From contig JBBIPG010000011.1 of NCBI GenBank assembly GCA_037442925.1, positions 1 through 46,696 of the forward strand: a stretch of 46,696 nucleotides of DNA, read 5' to 3'. Position numbers and translations under genes: made by a program. Below are positions 8,591-17,428 of this stretch, piece after piece. The notes under the pieces are model-generated. The model saw nothing but the letters and a program-made list of their open reading frames with translations, was not told where the DNA came from and made no database searches. The stretch's first letter is position 1. Each line of letters begins with the position of its first letter. The stretch is from Candidatus Fraserbacteria bacterium (GTDB lineage Bacteria; Bipolaricaulota; Bipolaricaulia; RBG-16-55-9).

Positions 8591-11044
8591 ATGAGAAGAT
8601 TAAACAGGCTCGGCTGCTTCGGCGGACTCCTCCTGCTCCTCGGAATTCTCACCGGATGTTCACTCTTCCTGCCCAACGATCAAACGGAAGACTCTTCAGA
8701 GACGTCGGAACTCGTTGGCACATCTACTTGGCTCACTGCCGCTCAAGGTCAGGGCGGACCTCCCGCCTGTGTGAAAGCTCTGCCTCCTGGCCAAGCCAAG
8801 AAGCTGGCGGAGAAGGTCCTCAAGGACAAACCAGAGATCCAATTACTGAAGCAGGCTCTCGAACGCCGGGGCAAGAAGCTCGTGCTTAGCAAGGCCCACG
8901 GCTGTAAGGTGAAGGGCAAGGCGAGCGGCCAAGGACTCAGCGCTCAACAGGAAGCCGCTACAGAAGCCACCCTGGTGGAAGTGCCTGCCGGTAGCGATGC
9001 GGCGTTGTATCTTTTGGAGAACCCAGACGATGGCAACGAATGGGCCTCTCTCAAAGAAGTCGCCGATGTGGGCGAGCGGCTGGTGCATTTGGAAGTGGGC
9101 CTGGTCGATGGGAGTGGGGTACAAGGTCTACAGACGGCAGAGGCTGTGGGCCAGATGAGCTTGGTACTGCCCGATGACGTTGGCACCCAGGAAATCGCCT
9201 CAGATCTACAGCAGCTCTTTTCGAGCCAGGCGACGACCGGCGCCGGAGTGAGCGCCCTGCAGCCCGAAACGCTGGACTGGGCCAATGCTGAAGTCGTTTT
9301 GGATCAGAACTCTGTGGTGAGCTACTCCGATGGCACCCAGGAGATAGAGGCGGTCGTGGTGATCCCGGAGGCCAGCTCTACCGGCCAAGTGCTCTGGGGA
9401 AGGACGAAGCCGATGATCGATGGGAGCCGAGCGACTTTCGCCAAGGTGACGGTGAAGAAGACGCCCCCTACGCCCGAGAAGCCAAGGCCCACACTGCAGG
9501 TGGTGAGCCCACCCACACAAGTGAAGAAGGGCAACGAGTTGCAATTCGACCCCTTTGACTTGTGTCCGTATCAGCACTATGGAAGAGTTTCGCCGTTCAC
9601 CAAGCCCTTGTGTTATCAGTGGGAGCAGCAGGCGGCTCCTAAGATCCAGCAGGTCACCTTCGACCGCGGGGTGAAGAGTTTGCCAACCGTTCACAGCCAA
9701 GCCCTGCAAAGCACCGGGAAATCCAGGGGTGGGGTCATGGCCATTGCCGGTCCCGAGGGTAATCTCATTGTCGCAGGTATGAAGAACTTAGATGTTGCAA
9801 ACCTCATACAGCTTTATGAGAGAACCGTCAAAGGTCAAGGTCCACAAGTTGAAGGGCAGGACGTTCCTACGACGCTCATGAAGGAGATCCTCAAGAAACT
9901 CGGAGTGCCCGCTTTCATCATCAGCTTGATCTTCGAGGCGTACGATTATTGGCAGTCGTTGGACAATGCGAAGCGCGATGAGATCAAGAACATCCTCCTT
10001 AACCTCAAAATCCAGCTCGATCATCCAGAGCAGTTCATGCAGGAGATTCAGAATCGCTACAATGATTCGCTGGCATTTCGAGAATTAGTAGACAAGATGA
10101 CAGCTCAGTTGAGATCTCACTCTCCTGGATCATCCGATGAGGAGCTTCGCAAACAGGCCTTTGAAATCTTCTATAACTATATGAGTGCTCTCGCCCAGTC
10201 CGGCAATCTTACCCTCGTGGATCAGGCAATAGATCAGTACGGAGTTGCGGTGGTCCTTGCCTTTGGTCTGCTCAATCAGGGAGTGGTTGAACCGGTAGTT
10301 GCCGGCTCCATTCTGCGCGCACTCAATCAGCTTTATGATCACATCAACCAGGTTCCTGCTGGTGACGCCCAGAGCGTAAAGGTGCTTGTGCTCATCCTTG
10401 CTGCCTCTGCGGCTCAAGTTGTCTACGGCACGAATGTCAGCGTGGGCATGGAAGGTGTTGCACGGGTGCAACAGTTCCTGTTCGAATTGGTGCCGCAGCT
10501 GCGAGCCAATGGATGGAAGTTTAAGCAGATAGTCCCTCAAGAGCATGTCGGCTTCGCGTTCGAGGCATCGTTACTTAGGGATGGTGTAGAGACATTTGTA
10601 TATGGCATGTTGGAGCCTTACCTGCAAAAACATGAACTTGACGCGATGATCAGAGCCATTCAAAGTGCAGCCGACTACGTAATGTTTGCCCACCAGCAGG
10701 CTGGGGGGCCTTGCTTCCAGTCTGTCCCGCCGGTGCCATGTAGGTTTGCCGTCGTGGAAGTCATAAACAACGCGGAGCCAGGGGCAGTCGATGCACTCTG
10801 CACCCGCATTCAAAACGAAGTGAACACCTATGTCCCCATTGTGGTCATCGGTCCCGACGGGCAGGTGGCTTGCTCGAAGAACACGACACCACAGGAGGCT
10901 CAGGCATTGTGCCAGATGATGGGGTACTGTGGGCCGAGTCCTCAGCTTACATCGGCTGGAGACGAACCAACGACAATTCAGGCACCAGTGCCGCCACCCC
11001 CCGCTGACCCAGCTTGTCCCAAAGGAAAGGTCTGCTTAATATAG
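8591..11044 (+). CDS. Large lipoprotein of unknown function with a Pro/Cys-rich C-terminus
   Basis: Start at MRRLNRL (8591), hydrophobic core and lipobox LTGC; PPGQAKK motif; C-terminal PVPPPPADPACPKGKVCLI. Confidence 0.85.
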   Translation: MRRLNRLGCFGGLLLLLGILTGCSLFLPNDQTEDSSETSELVGTSTWLTAAQGQGGPPACVKALPPGQAKKLAEKVLKDKPEIQLLKQALERRGKKLVLSKAHGCKVKGKASGQGLSAQQEAATEATLVEVPAGSDAALYLLENPDDGNEWASLKEVADVGERLVHLEVGLVDGSGVQGLQTAEAVGQMSLVLPDDVGTQEIASDLQQLFSSQATTGAGVSALQPETLDWANAEVVLDQNSVVSYSDGTQEIEAVVVIPEASSTGQVLWGRTKPMIDGSRATFAKVTVKKTPPTPEKPRPTLQVVSPPTQVKKGNELQFDPFDLCPYQHYGRVSPFTKPLCYQWEQQAAPKIQQVTFDRGVKSLPTVHSQALQSTGKSRGGVMAIAGPEGNLIVAGMKNLDVANLIQLYERTVKGQGPQVEGQDVPTTLMKEILKKLGVPAFIISLIFEAYDYWQSLDNAKRDEIKNILLNLKIQLDHPEQFMQEIQNRYNDSLAFRELVDKMTAQLRSHSPGSSDEELRKQAFEIFYNYMSALAQSGNLTLVDQAIDQYGVAVVLAFGLLNQGVVEPVVAGSILRALNQLYDHINQVPAGDAQSVKVLVLILAASAAQVVYGTNVSVGMEGVARVQQFLFELVPQLRANGWKFKQIVPQEHVGFAFEASLLRDGVETFVYGMLEPYLQKHELDAMIRAIQSAADYVMFAHQQAGGPCFQSVPPVPCRFAVVEVINNAEPGAVDALCTRIQNEVNTYVPIVVIGPDGQVACSKNTTPQEAQALCQMMGYCGPSPQLTSAGDEPTTIQAPVPPPPADPACPKGKVCLI

Positions 11045-11068
11045 CGGAGATAAGACCGAAGGAGTTAA

Positions 11069-12286
11069 ATGAAGTCCGTTCGCTTTCTTCTGACTGTGGT
11101 AATCCTAGGTTGGCTGCTGACCCTCAGTAGTGGAGAGACGGGAGGATCTCAGCCAACACAGCCCCCTGAGATCCTCGTGGTTTGCCCGGAGGGGCCTCCT
11201 GCTTGCCGGTTTGAAAAGATTGAGGATGCAGTTCAGGCCGCAGGTCCTAATGATCTAATCTCCCTGCGCCCAGGTACATATCAGGAGACGCTCACCATCG
11301 AGAAATCCGTGCGCCTCGTTGCTGCAGAGGGCGGACAGGTTTACATTCAAGGGGCACAAGCTAATGACCAGCCTACGATCACTCTTAAGAGCCAAGATGA
11401 ACTTCACGTCTTGTTAGAAGGAGTGATCATCAAACAGGGTATCCGGGTGAGCGATCAAAGCATTGGTTCCTTAACGTTCACTTTGGTGGATTCTCAGATT
11501 ACCCAATCCCAGCAGGGATTTGCTTGCTCTCAAACGTTGCATTCCCAAGGGTCAGCGCGATTCACTGTGCTCAACTCCCGCTTCTCTGAGAATGATTTCG
11601 GCATATACTTGGACGGCTGCGACTTTCGAGAGATGAGTCTTACCCTTAGTCAGAGCACCTTCCTTGGCAATTCGGCAGGGGTCTTCGTTACTCAAGCAGG
11701 GAGTTCGGGCCGCATCACTATAGATGTAGCGGAGAGTCGCTTTGTCGCTGGCGGAGGCCTCACGGCACACCTGAACCAGGATGTCTCTAAGCTTACTGTC
11801 CGCAATAGTTGGTTCTTGAGCAATATAGTAGGCTTATATTCTGTTGCCGGAATGATCGAGATCCGTGACAGCCGCTTCATCGGCAATAGAACCGGAGTAC
11901 AACTCGGACATCCGATTGCCAGCCAAAAAGGATTCATCCTACTAGAGGATTCCATCATCGCTGATAACATCGAGCGAGGACTGTATATAGTGAGTTCAGG
12001 CCAGATAGAAGTGCGTAATAGCCTGATTCAAGGCAATGGCATCGGGGTACTGGCTCTTCGCGCTGACAACCAGCCGTTATGGCTGGGGAATAACCGTATC
12101 CTTGACAATCGCGAGTGGGGAGTCGCATTAGTGAGGTCTCCTTGCGTGGAGAACCCACCTAGCGATCCCCGCTTCATCTGGCCCATCTACATTCAAGGAG
12201 AAAACAACGAAATCCACGGGAACGGCAAGGGAGATCTTTGTCCCGAGGACTACAACTGGCCGCCCGACTTCATCAAGAAGCCTTGA
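11069..12286 (+). CDS. Secreted right-handed parallel beta-helix protein (paralog of 927-2048)
   Basis: SD GAAGGAG, signal peptide, IEDAVQAA...LRPGTYQE, repeated S.F..N..G strands, C-terminal DLCPEDYNWPPDFIKKP. Confidence 0.85.
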   Translation: MKSVRFLLTVVILGWLLTLSSGETGGSQPTQPPEILVVCPEGPPACRFEKIEDAVQAAGPNDLISLRPGTYQETLTIEKSVRLVAAEGGQVYIQGAQANDQPTITLKSQDELHVLLEGVIIKQGIRVSDQSIGSLTFTLVDSQITQSQQGFACSQTLHSQGSARFTVLNSRFSENDFGIYLDGCDFREMSLTLSQSTFLGNSAGVFVTQAGSSGRITIDVAESRFVAGGGLTAHLNQDVSKLTVRNSWFLSNIVGLYSVAGMIEIRDSRFIGNRTGVQLGHPIASQKGFILLEDSIIADNIERGLYIVSSGQIEVRNSLIQGNGIGVLALRADNQPLWLGNNRILDNREWGVALVRSPCVENPPSDPRFIWPIYIQGENNEIHGNGKGDLCPEDYNWPPDFIKKP

Positions 12287-13109
12287 AACTCCCCACGATC
12301 TCATGGCCTAAAAACACAGGTCTACAGCTATAAACCTTGCACCTCAAGATCGCCTGAGCCTGCTGCCCAATCTGCTCATCATCGGCTTCGACTAAGGCAT
12401 AGTACGTCGGTCCACTTCCGCTTAGTCCAAAAGGAACAGAAACACGCTCCAGAAACGCACGATACTCCCCAAGCTCAGGACGAAGCTCCAGCGCCGCCAC
12501 TTCCAGATCGTTATGGAACGGAGAATTGAGTGCGCAAGGCGTAAGATGATCGAAGGCTTCATAGACTTCTCGCGTACGGAGCGAAAATGGTGGAACCAAG
12601 AGCACAACGAACTTCAACATCCCATCAGGCAGTAGCTCTTGAAGGAGCTCACCGCGCCCCGTCGCCCGGCATCGTCCACCCTCAAAGAAGAAAGGCACAT
12701 CGCTCCCTAGCTCAGCCCCCAGGGTTTTCAGCTCATCTTTACTGAGTCTCAAGTTGAACAGTTGATTGAGCCCTCCAAGCACAGCTGCCGCGTCGCTGCT
12801 TCCCCCACCTAAGCCTGCCCCCACGGGAATCTTCTTCGAGAGATGAATGTTGACGCCTGGCTTGAACCCCACACGCTCGCGCAGAAGATGAGCCGCCCGA
12901 GACGCCAAGTTCTCTTCGGTAGAGATGCCAAAATCGGGCTCCGTCATCAGCGTAACTTTCCCATCAGACCGGGGCACCAACACCAACTCATCGGCCAAAT
13001 CAATACTTTGCAAGAGCGTGTCGATCTCATGAAGACCGTCCGGACGCTTTCCCAATACTTTCAAGCCCAGATTGATCTTGGCGTAGGCTCTAATGCGTAG
13101 AGATCTCAT
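12273..13109 (-). CDS. ispE: 4-diphosphocytidyl-2-C-methyl-D-erythritol kinase
   Basis: AYAKINLGL, KKIPVGAGLGGGSSDAA, LGSDVPFF, LSGSGPT. Confidence 0.96.
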   Translation of the reverse strand: MRSLRIRAYAKINLGLKVLGKRPDGLHEIDTLLQSIDLADELVLVPRSDGKVTLMTEPDFGISTEENLASRAAHLLRERVGFKPGVNIHLSKKIPVGAGLGGGSSDAAAVLGGLNQLFNLRLSKDELKTLGAELGSDVPFFFEGGRCRATGRGELLQELLPDGMLKFVVLLVPPFSLRTREVYEAFDHLTPCALNSPFHNDLEVAALELRPELGEYRAFLERVSVPFGLSGSGPTYYALVEADDEQIGQQAQAILRCKVYSCRPVFLGHEIVGSFKAS

Positions 13110-14322
13110 TCCGCTTCTCGTAGACTACTCGACCTGCCACAACAACCGCCCGCACACGATCATGTCCGATGAAATAGGGGATCTGCCGGTAGTTGGCCAG
13201 ATCCAGCACCACAAGATCTGCCCGCTTGGTGGGCTCCAAACTGCCAATCTGCTCGGCACGCCCCAAGGCCGCTGCGGCATTGAGCGTCGCTGCCGTAAGA
13301 GCCTCTTCGATGGTCATGCGCATCTTGAGTACAGCCAGAGCGATAATAAAAAACATCGAGTGGATCAAGCATGTGCCGGGGTTAAAGTCCGTGCCCAGTG
13401 CTACAGGCAACCCCAGATCGATCATCTCCCGAGCGGGCGCGTAATCGGCATTCAGCGTGAACGCCGTCCCTGGCAACAAGACGGGCACAACCCTCGCTTC
13501 CAATAGCTTCTTCATCCCATGAGGCGAGATGTGAAGCAGATGGTCCGCCGAAACCGCACCCAGCTCCGCGGCCAACTCTGCTCCTCGTGAGTTGCTGAAT
13601 TCATCCGCGTGGATCTTGAGACCTAGACCGGCTCCCTGAGCTGCTCGCAGCACTTCGCGGCTCTCCGCAAGATCAAAGAATCCCTTTTCGCAGAAGATAT
13701 CGCAAAACTCGGCCAAGCGCTTGCTCTTCACCTGAGGCACCATCCGTCCGATGATCTCACCCAGGTACTCTGCCTTGCTCACCCCCTCTGGAAGGGCATG
13801 CGCACCGAGAAACGTGGGCACAATCTCCATGAGCAGCTCGCTCCTGAGCCTGCGAATGACGCGCAGCATCTTGATCTCACTTTGGGTATCTAGACCGTAG
13901 CCACTCTTCACTTCAGCCGTGGTCGTGCCCATGCGTAGCATCTCCAGAAGATAGCGCTTTCCTTCGCGGTATAGCTCATCATCTGCGGCTTTGCGCACAC
14001 GCTCTACCGTGGTGAGAATCCCTCGACCATAGGGAGTTCCCGTGCAGCGAGCCAAGAATTCTTCCTCGCGACTTCCCACAAAGACCGCATGGGTGTGGGG
14101 ATCTACTAGGCCAGGGATGACCACGCCACGCCGGGCATCAAGCGTCTGCTCGCGCAAAGTGCGGGAGCGCGTGAGATCGCTCATCGAGCCTACATCAATG
14201 ATCACGCCTTTGACGATCTTCACGTAAGCATCTTCCAGCACTTCGAGCTGGCCCAGGGCCTCTCCGCCTACTGCCTGATCGCCGCAGGGAGTGACCAGCT
14301 GTCCAATGTTAACGATGAACAT
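13090..14322 (-). CDS. hutI: Imidazolonepropionase
   Basis: PGLVDPHTH, GILTTV, EVKSGYGL, TFLGAH, DIFCE, KIHADEF, SADHL, ALGTDFNPG. Confidence 0.93.
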   Translation of the reverse strand: MFIVNIGQLVTPCGDQAVGGEALGQLEVLEDAYVKIVKGVIIDVGSMSDLTRSRTLREQTLDARRGVVIPGLVDPHTHAVFVGSREEEFLARCTGTPYGRGILTTVERVRKAADDELYREGKRYLLEMLRMGTTTAEVKSGYGLDTQSEIKMLRVIRRLRSELLMEIVPTFLGAHALPEGVSKAEYLGEIIGRMVPQVKSKRLAEFCDIFCEKGFFDLAESREVLRAAQGAGLGLKIHADEFSNSRGAELAAELGAVSADHLLHISPHGMKKLLEARVVPVLLPGTAFTLNADYAPAREMIDLGLPVALGTDFNPGTCLIHSMFFIIALAVLKMRMTIEEALTAATLNAAAALGRAEQIGSLEPTKRADLVVLDLANYRQIPYFIGHDRVRAVVVAGRVVYEKRNEISTH

Positions 14323-14344
14323 GATTCAACCCAAAGTTTTCGAC

Positions 14345-14719
14345 TCATAACGTGGCGCGCTCCTTGAGAATCCGATCGAGGACACCATTCACAAACGCAG
14401 AGGATTTTTCCGTACCGTACTTCTTGGCCAGCTCCACCGCCTCGTCGATCACCACCTCAGGTGGAACGTCGTCGCGATATAAGAGTTCGTAGATCGCCAA
14501 GCGTAGCACGTTGCGATCCACAGCATGGAGGCGCTGCAGCCGCCAGCCCTGCAGACGTTCCTCAATACGGCGGTCGATCTCGTCTTGGTGCGCTTCGATC
14601 CCGCGGAGTACTTCCAGCACATACGGATCCTGCACGTGATGGGATTCTTCCACATGGTTGACAAAGTCCTTCTGGAACAGGACCTTCACAATGAACTCGC
14701 GCGCTCGTCGCCGTTTCAT
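14345..14719 (-). CDS. nusB: Transcription antitermination factor NusB
   Basis: RRRARE, DRNVLRLAIYEL, EAVELAKKYG, FVNGVLD. Confidence 0.95.
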   Translation of the reverse strand: MKRRRAREFIVKVLFQKDFVNHVEESHHVQDPYVLEVLRGIEAHQDEIDRRIEERLQGWRLQRLHAVDRNVLRLAIYELLYRDDVPPEVVIDEAVELAKKYGTEKSSAFVNGVLDRILKERATL

Positions 14720-14733
14720 GGCCCGATTTTTCG

Positions 14734-14928
14734 TCAGCGAAAGAGGAGCGAAAACATCTCCCGGATGCGGCTGCGGAACTGCTCCGATTCCAGGATCTTC
14801 CCGATGAGATAGCCCGTCAAGACCAAGAGCGCGATGAGCAGCACCTTGCCAAAAGGGATGAAGACGAGCAGAATGCCCAGCGAAAGCCCCAGGAGTGCTC
14901 CCCAGCCGGCTGGAGTAAGACTAGTCAC
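14734..14928 (-). CDS. DUF2273-like small integral membrane protein
   Basis: GTG start overlapping the amaP end; GALLGLSLGILLVFIPFGK..LIA..GYLIGK pattern; synteny with asp23-amaP-nusB. Confidence 0.75.
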   Translation of the reverse strand: MTSLTPAGWGALLGLSLGILLVFIPFGKVLLIALLVLTGYLIGKILESEQFRSRIREMFSLLFR

Positions 14929-15544
14929 GCAGATCTCCCTCGAAGTCGCTCTCCGAGAAGCGAGTAATGTAAGATCCCTTCTTGGGTGAAGCTCCGTGCT
15001 CTGCGGCAGCTCGCGATGAAGGCATGCCTGCGGCAATCACTTCTACGCTGTCCACGGCAATGCCAATTCGTTCCTCGACGCGCGCCTTCAAGAGATCCTG
15101 CATCCGCTCGCCGACCTCAATGATGCTCTGCCCCAGCGGGAGAGGAATACGTACAAGAATAGACAAAGCTCCTTCACTCTCCCCAGCAGGCTTCAGTCGT
15201 ACGCGACAATCGGGTAGATCCAATTCTTCTTCCAGCACTCGCATAACGAAATCACGCACGGCTTGGGGGGAGATGCGAATGGCTCCGCGCGCCCCCGCGT
15301 GTGTAATGAGCCGTCTCTGCCGGTGAGCCCGGACAATGAGACCACCAAAATAGAAGGCTATCATGATGAGAATAATGGCAACAACAGAACTTGCCGCCCG
15401 TCTCTGCAGAAGAGCGTCAATGATTTGTTCTGGTGGTTGAATCCGTCCCGAGAGCACGGCCACGATCACACCCGCCAGACCCAAGAGCAGGAGCATCGCC
15501 ACCCAAGCACAGAACTCCAGAAAATACGACATCCACCGATTCAT
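14921..15544 (-). CDS. amaP: Alkaline shock response membrane anchor AmaP-like protein
   Basis: Two N-terminal TM helices, then GAIRISPQAV...VEERIGIAV.SVEV; follows asp23. Confidence 0.7.
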   Translation of the reverse strand: MNRWMSYFLEFCAWVAMLLLLGLAGVIVAVLSGRIQPPEQIIDALLQRRAASSVVAIILIMIAFYFGGLIVRAHRQRRLITHAGARGAIRISPQAVRDFVMRVLEEELDLPDCRVRLKPAGESEGALSILVRIPLPLGQSIIEVGERMQDLLKARVEERIGIAVDSVEVIAAGMPSSRAAAEHGASPKKGSYITRFSESDFEGDLRD

Positions 15545-15927
15545 TCTTGTTCTCTCTTCTCCGCAAACATCAGGTCTTGCACATAGACATCGACTCCGCT
15601 CACCCGAAGTCCGGTCATGTTCTCGACCTCTTCCTTAACGCGCTTCTGAAGCCTGCTGGCTACTTGCCGTATGGGATAGCCGTATTGAATCGCCACATGC
15701 AACGTGAGGCGAACGGAGCCCTCCTCGCTGAGGTGAGCCAGCACGCCATGCCGTTCGTCCCCCAAAAGTGCCTTGAGTCGATCGGCCACGTTGCCCCAGA
15801 GTCCCGCAACCCCATCGATCTCCAGAGCCGCAATCCCCGCGATCGAAGCGATCACTTGTTCCGTGATGCTCACTTGCCCGGAGTGACGCGGGCGCCCTAT
15901 CGGCTTCACTCTCTGAGTATTCATCAT
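15541..15927 (-). CDS. Asp23/Gls24 family envelope stress protein
   Basis: GQVSITEQVIASIAGIAALEIDGV, YGYPI, VENMTGLRVSGVDVYV. Confidence 0.92.
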   Translation of the reverse strand: MMNTQRVKPIGRPRHSGQVSITEQVIASIAGIAALEIDGVAGLWGNVADRLKALLGDERHGVLAHLSEEGSVRLTLHVAIQYGYPIRQVASRLQKRVKEEVENMTGLRVSGVDVYVQDLMFAEKREQE

Positions 15928-16487
15928 CCACCACTCACGCGTTCGATGTAGCTGCCGCTACGCGTATCGACTTTGACGACATCTCCTTCTTTCACAAAGA
16001 GCGGAACTTTGATCTCCAGACCGGTCTCTAGAGTCGCCGGCTTCTCCGCGCCAGCAACGGTATCCCCGCGCACTCCCGGGTCTGTGCGCACCACTTTCAA
16101 CTCCACCGAGAGGGGCAACTCCACCTTCACAAAGCGATCTTCGTAGAAGAGCCCCGTCAGTTCTAGGTTCTCTTTGAGATACCGACGCACATCCCCTAAC
16201 TGCTCGCCCGTGAGGGAAAACTGATCATAGCTCTCCGTCTCCATGAAATAATAGATACCGCTGCTGTTATAAAGATACTGTAACGGTCGTTCCTCCAGCC
16301 GCACAATCTTGAAAGGATCTACATCTGTGAAATTCTGGAAGAAGATGCGATTCGTCTTTAAGTGTCTTAATTTCGTCTGGGCCACGGGACGCCTTTGGGC
16401 TTTCTTCATGTGCGAGTATTCTTCAATGAGATAGAGTTCTCCGTTCCACTCTATCGTCATGCCTCTTCCCAAGTCGCTCACACCCAT
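15924..16487 (-). CDS. efp: Elongation factor P
   Basis: FMETESYDQ, TDPGVRGDT, KPATLETG, VPLFV.EGD..KVDTR.G.Y.ER. Start at MGVSD with GGAG SD. Confidence 0.95.
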   Translation of the reverse strand: MGVSDLGRGMTIEWNGELYLIEEYSHMKKAQRRPVAQTKLRHLKTNRIFFQNFTDVDPFKIVRLEERPLQYLYNSSGIYYFMETESYDQFSLTGEQLGDVRRYLKENLELTGLFYEDRFVKVELPLSVELKVVRTDPGVRGDTVAGAEKPATLETGLEIKVPLFVKEGDVVKVDTRSGSYIERVSGG

Positions 16488-16503
16488 CCAAATCACTCCC
16501 TTC

Positions 16504-17412
16504 TCAACCGCTCTTTTCGATGGCGACCTCTGCTTCAGATCGCGGCTGGGCAAAGCGGGTGAGCACGAGACCGACTATATATAATACAAGCATGGACCCT
16601 CCTAGCGCCACTTGCGTCACGAGATCCGGTGTAGGGGTAAGCACCGCGGCGACCACGAAAGCACCCAACACAACGATACGCCATTGGCTGACGAGCGTCT
16701 CGCGTTGCACAATGCCGATCTTCACGACCGTGTACATGACCAATGGCAGCAGGAAGCTAAGACCAAAGACCAGCATCAAGAACATCGCAAACGAGATGTA
16801 GTTGTTGAGCGTGAACAGGGGCACCAAATAGGGTTGCCCCACCCCCACCAAGAACGTGAGGGCCAGCGGCAGGATGACAAGAAAACAGAAGGCCGCTCCA
16901 CTGTAGAACAACAGCGAGCCAAAGAGGAGCGTATTCAGCATGTACTTTCGCTCCTTCTGATAGAGAGCGGGCACGACAAATCGCCAGACTTGATAGAGAA
17001 CAATGGGCATGCCCACCAAAAGCCCCACAAAGAAGGAGAGCTTGATGAAGCCAAAGAAGGCCTCCGTCGGGTGGGTGAAGATCAGGCCGCTGCCCGAGGC
17101 GAAGAAGCGCCGTAACGCTACCTCCGTGGCGCTGAGTTCATCGGGGCTAAAACAAGGACTTCCGTCACAAAGCTGGGCCCCCAACGCACCGGTGATCTTC
17201 TCGATCAAGGCTTCCAACTGATCTAAAGAGAGGGAAGCGCCCAAGGTGTGCTGCACGGCGTAATAGTACGGCCGCAGCACGACCGCCATCACATAGTCCT
17301 TGTAGAGGTACGCCAGGATCGTCAAGCCGAGCACGGCAGACAAGGCGTACATCACTCGCTTGCGCAGTTCGTCCAGATGTTCGGAAAGGGTCATCGGGGC
17401 ATCTTCGACCAT
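16504..17412 (-). CDS. tatC: Twin-arginine translocase subunit TatC
   Basis: MTLSEHLDELRKR, PTEAF, YQVWRFVVPALY..E, AAVLTPTPD. Confidence 0.95.
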   Translation of the reverse strand: MVEDAPMTLSEHLDELRKRVMYALSAVLGLTILAYLYKDYVMAVVLRPYYYAVQHTLGASLSLDQLEALIEKITGALGAQLCDGSPCFSPDELSATEVALRRFFASGSGLIFTHPTEAFFGFIKLSFFVGLLVGMPIVLYQVWRFVVPALYQKERKYMLNTLLFGSLLFYSGAAFCFLVILPLALTFLVGVGQPYLVPLFTLNNYISFAMFLMLVFGLSFLLPLVMYTVVKIGIVQRETLVSQWRIVVLGAFVVAAVLTPTPDLVTQVALGGSMLVLYIVGLVLTRFAQPRSEAEVAIEKSG

Positions 17413-17428
17413 GGAAGAACTCCTTCAC

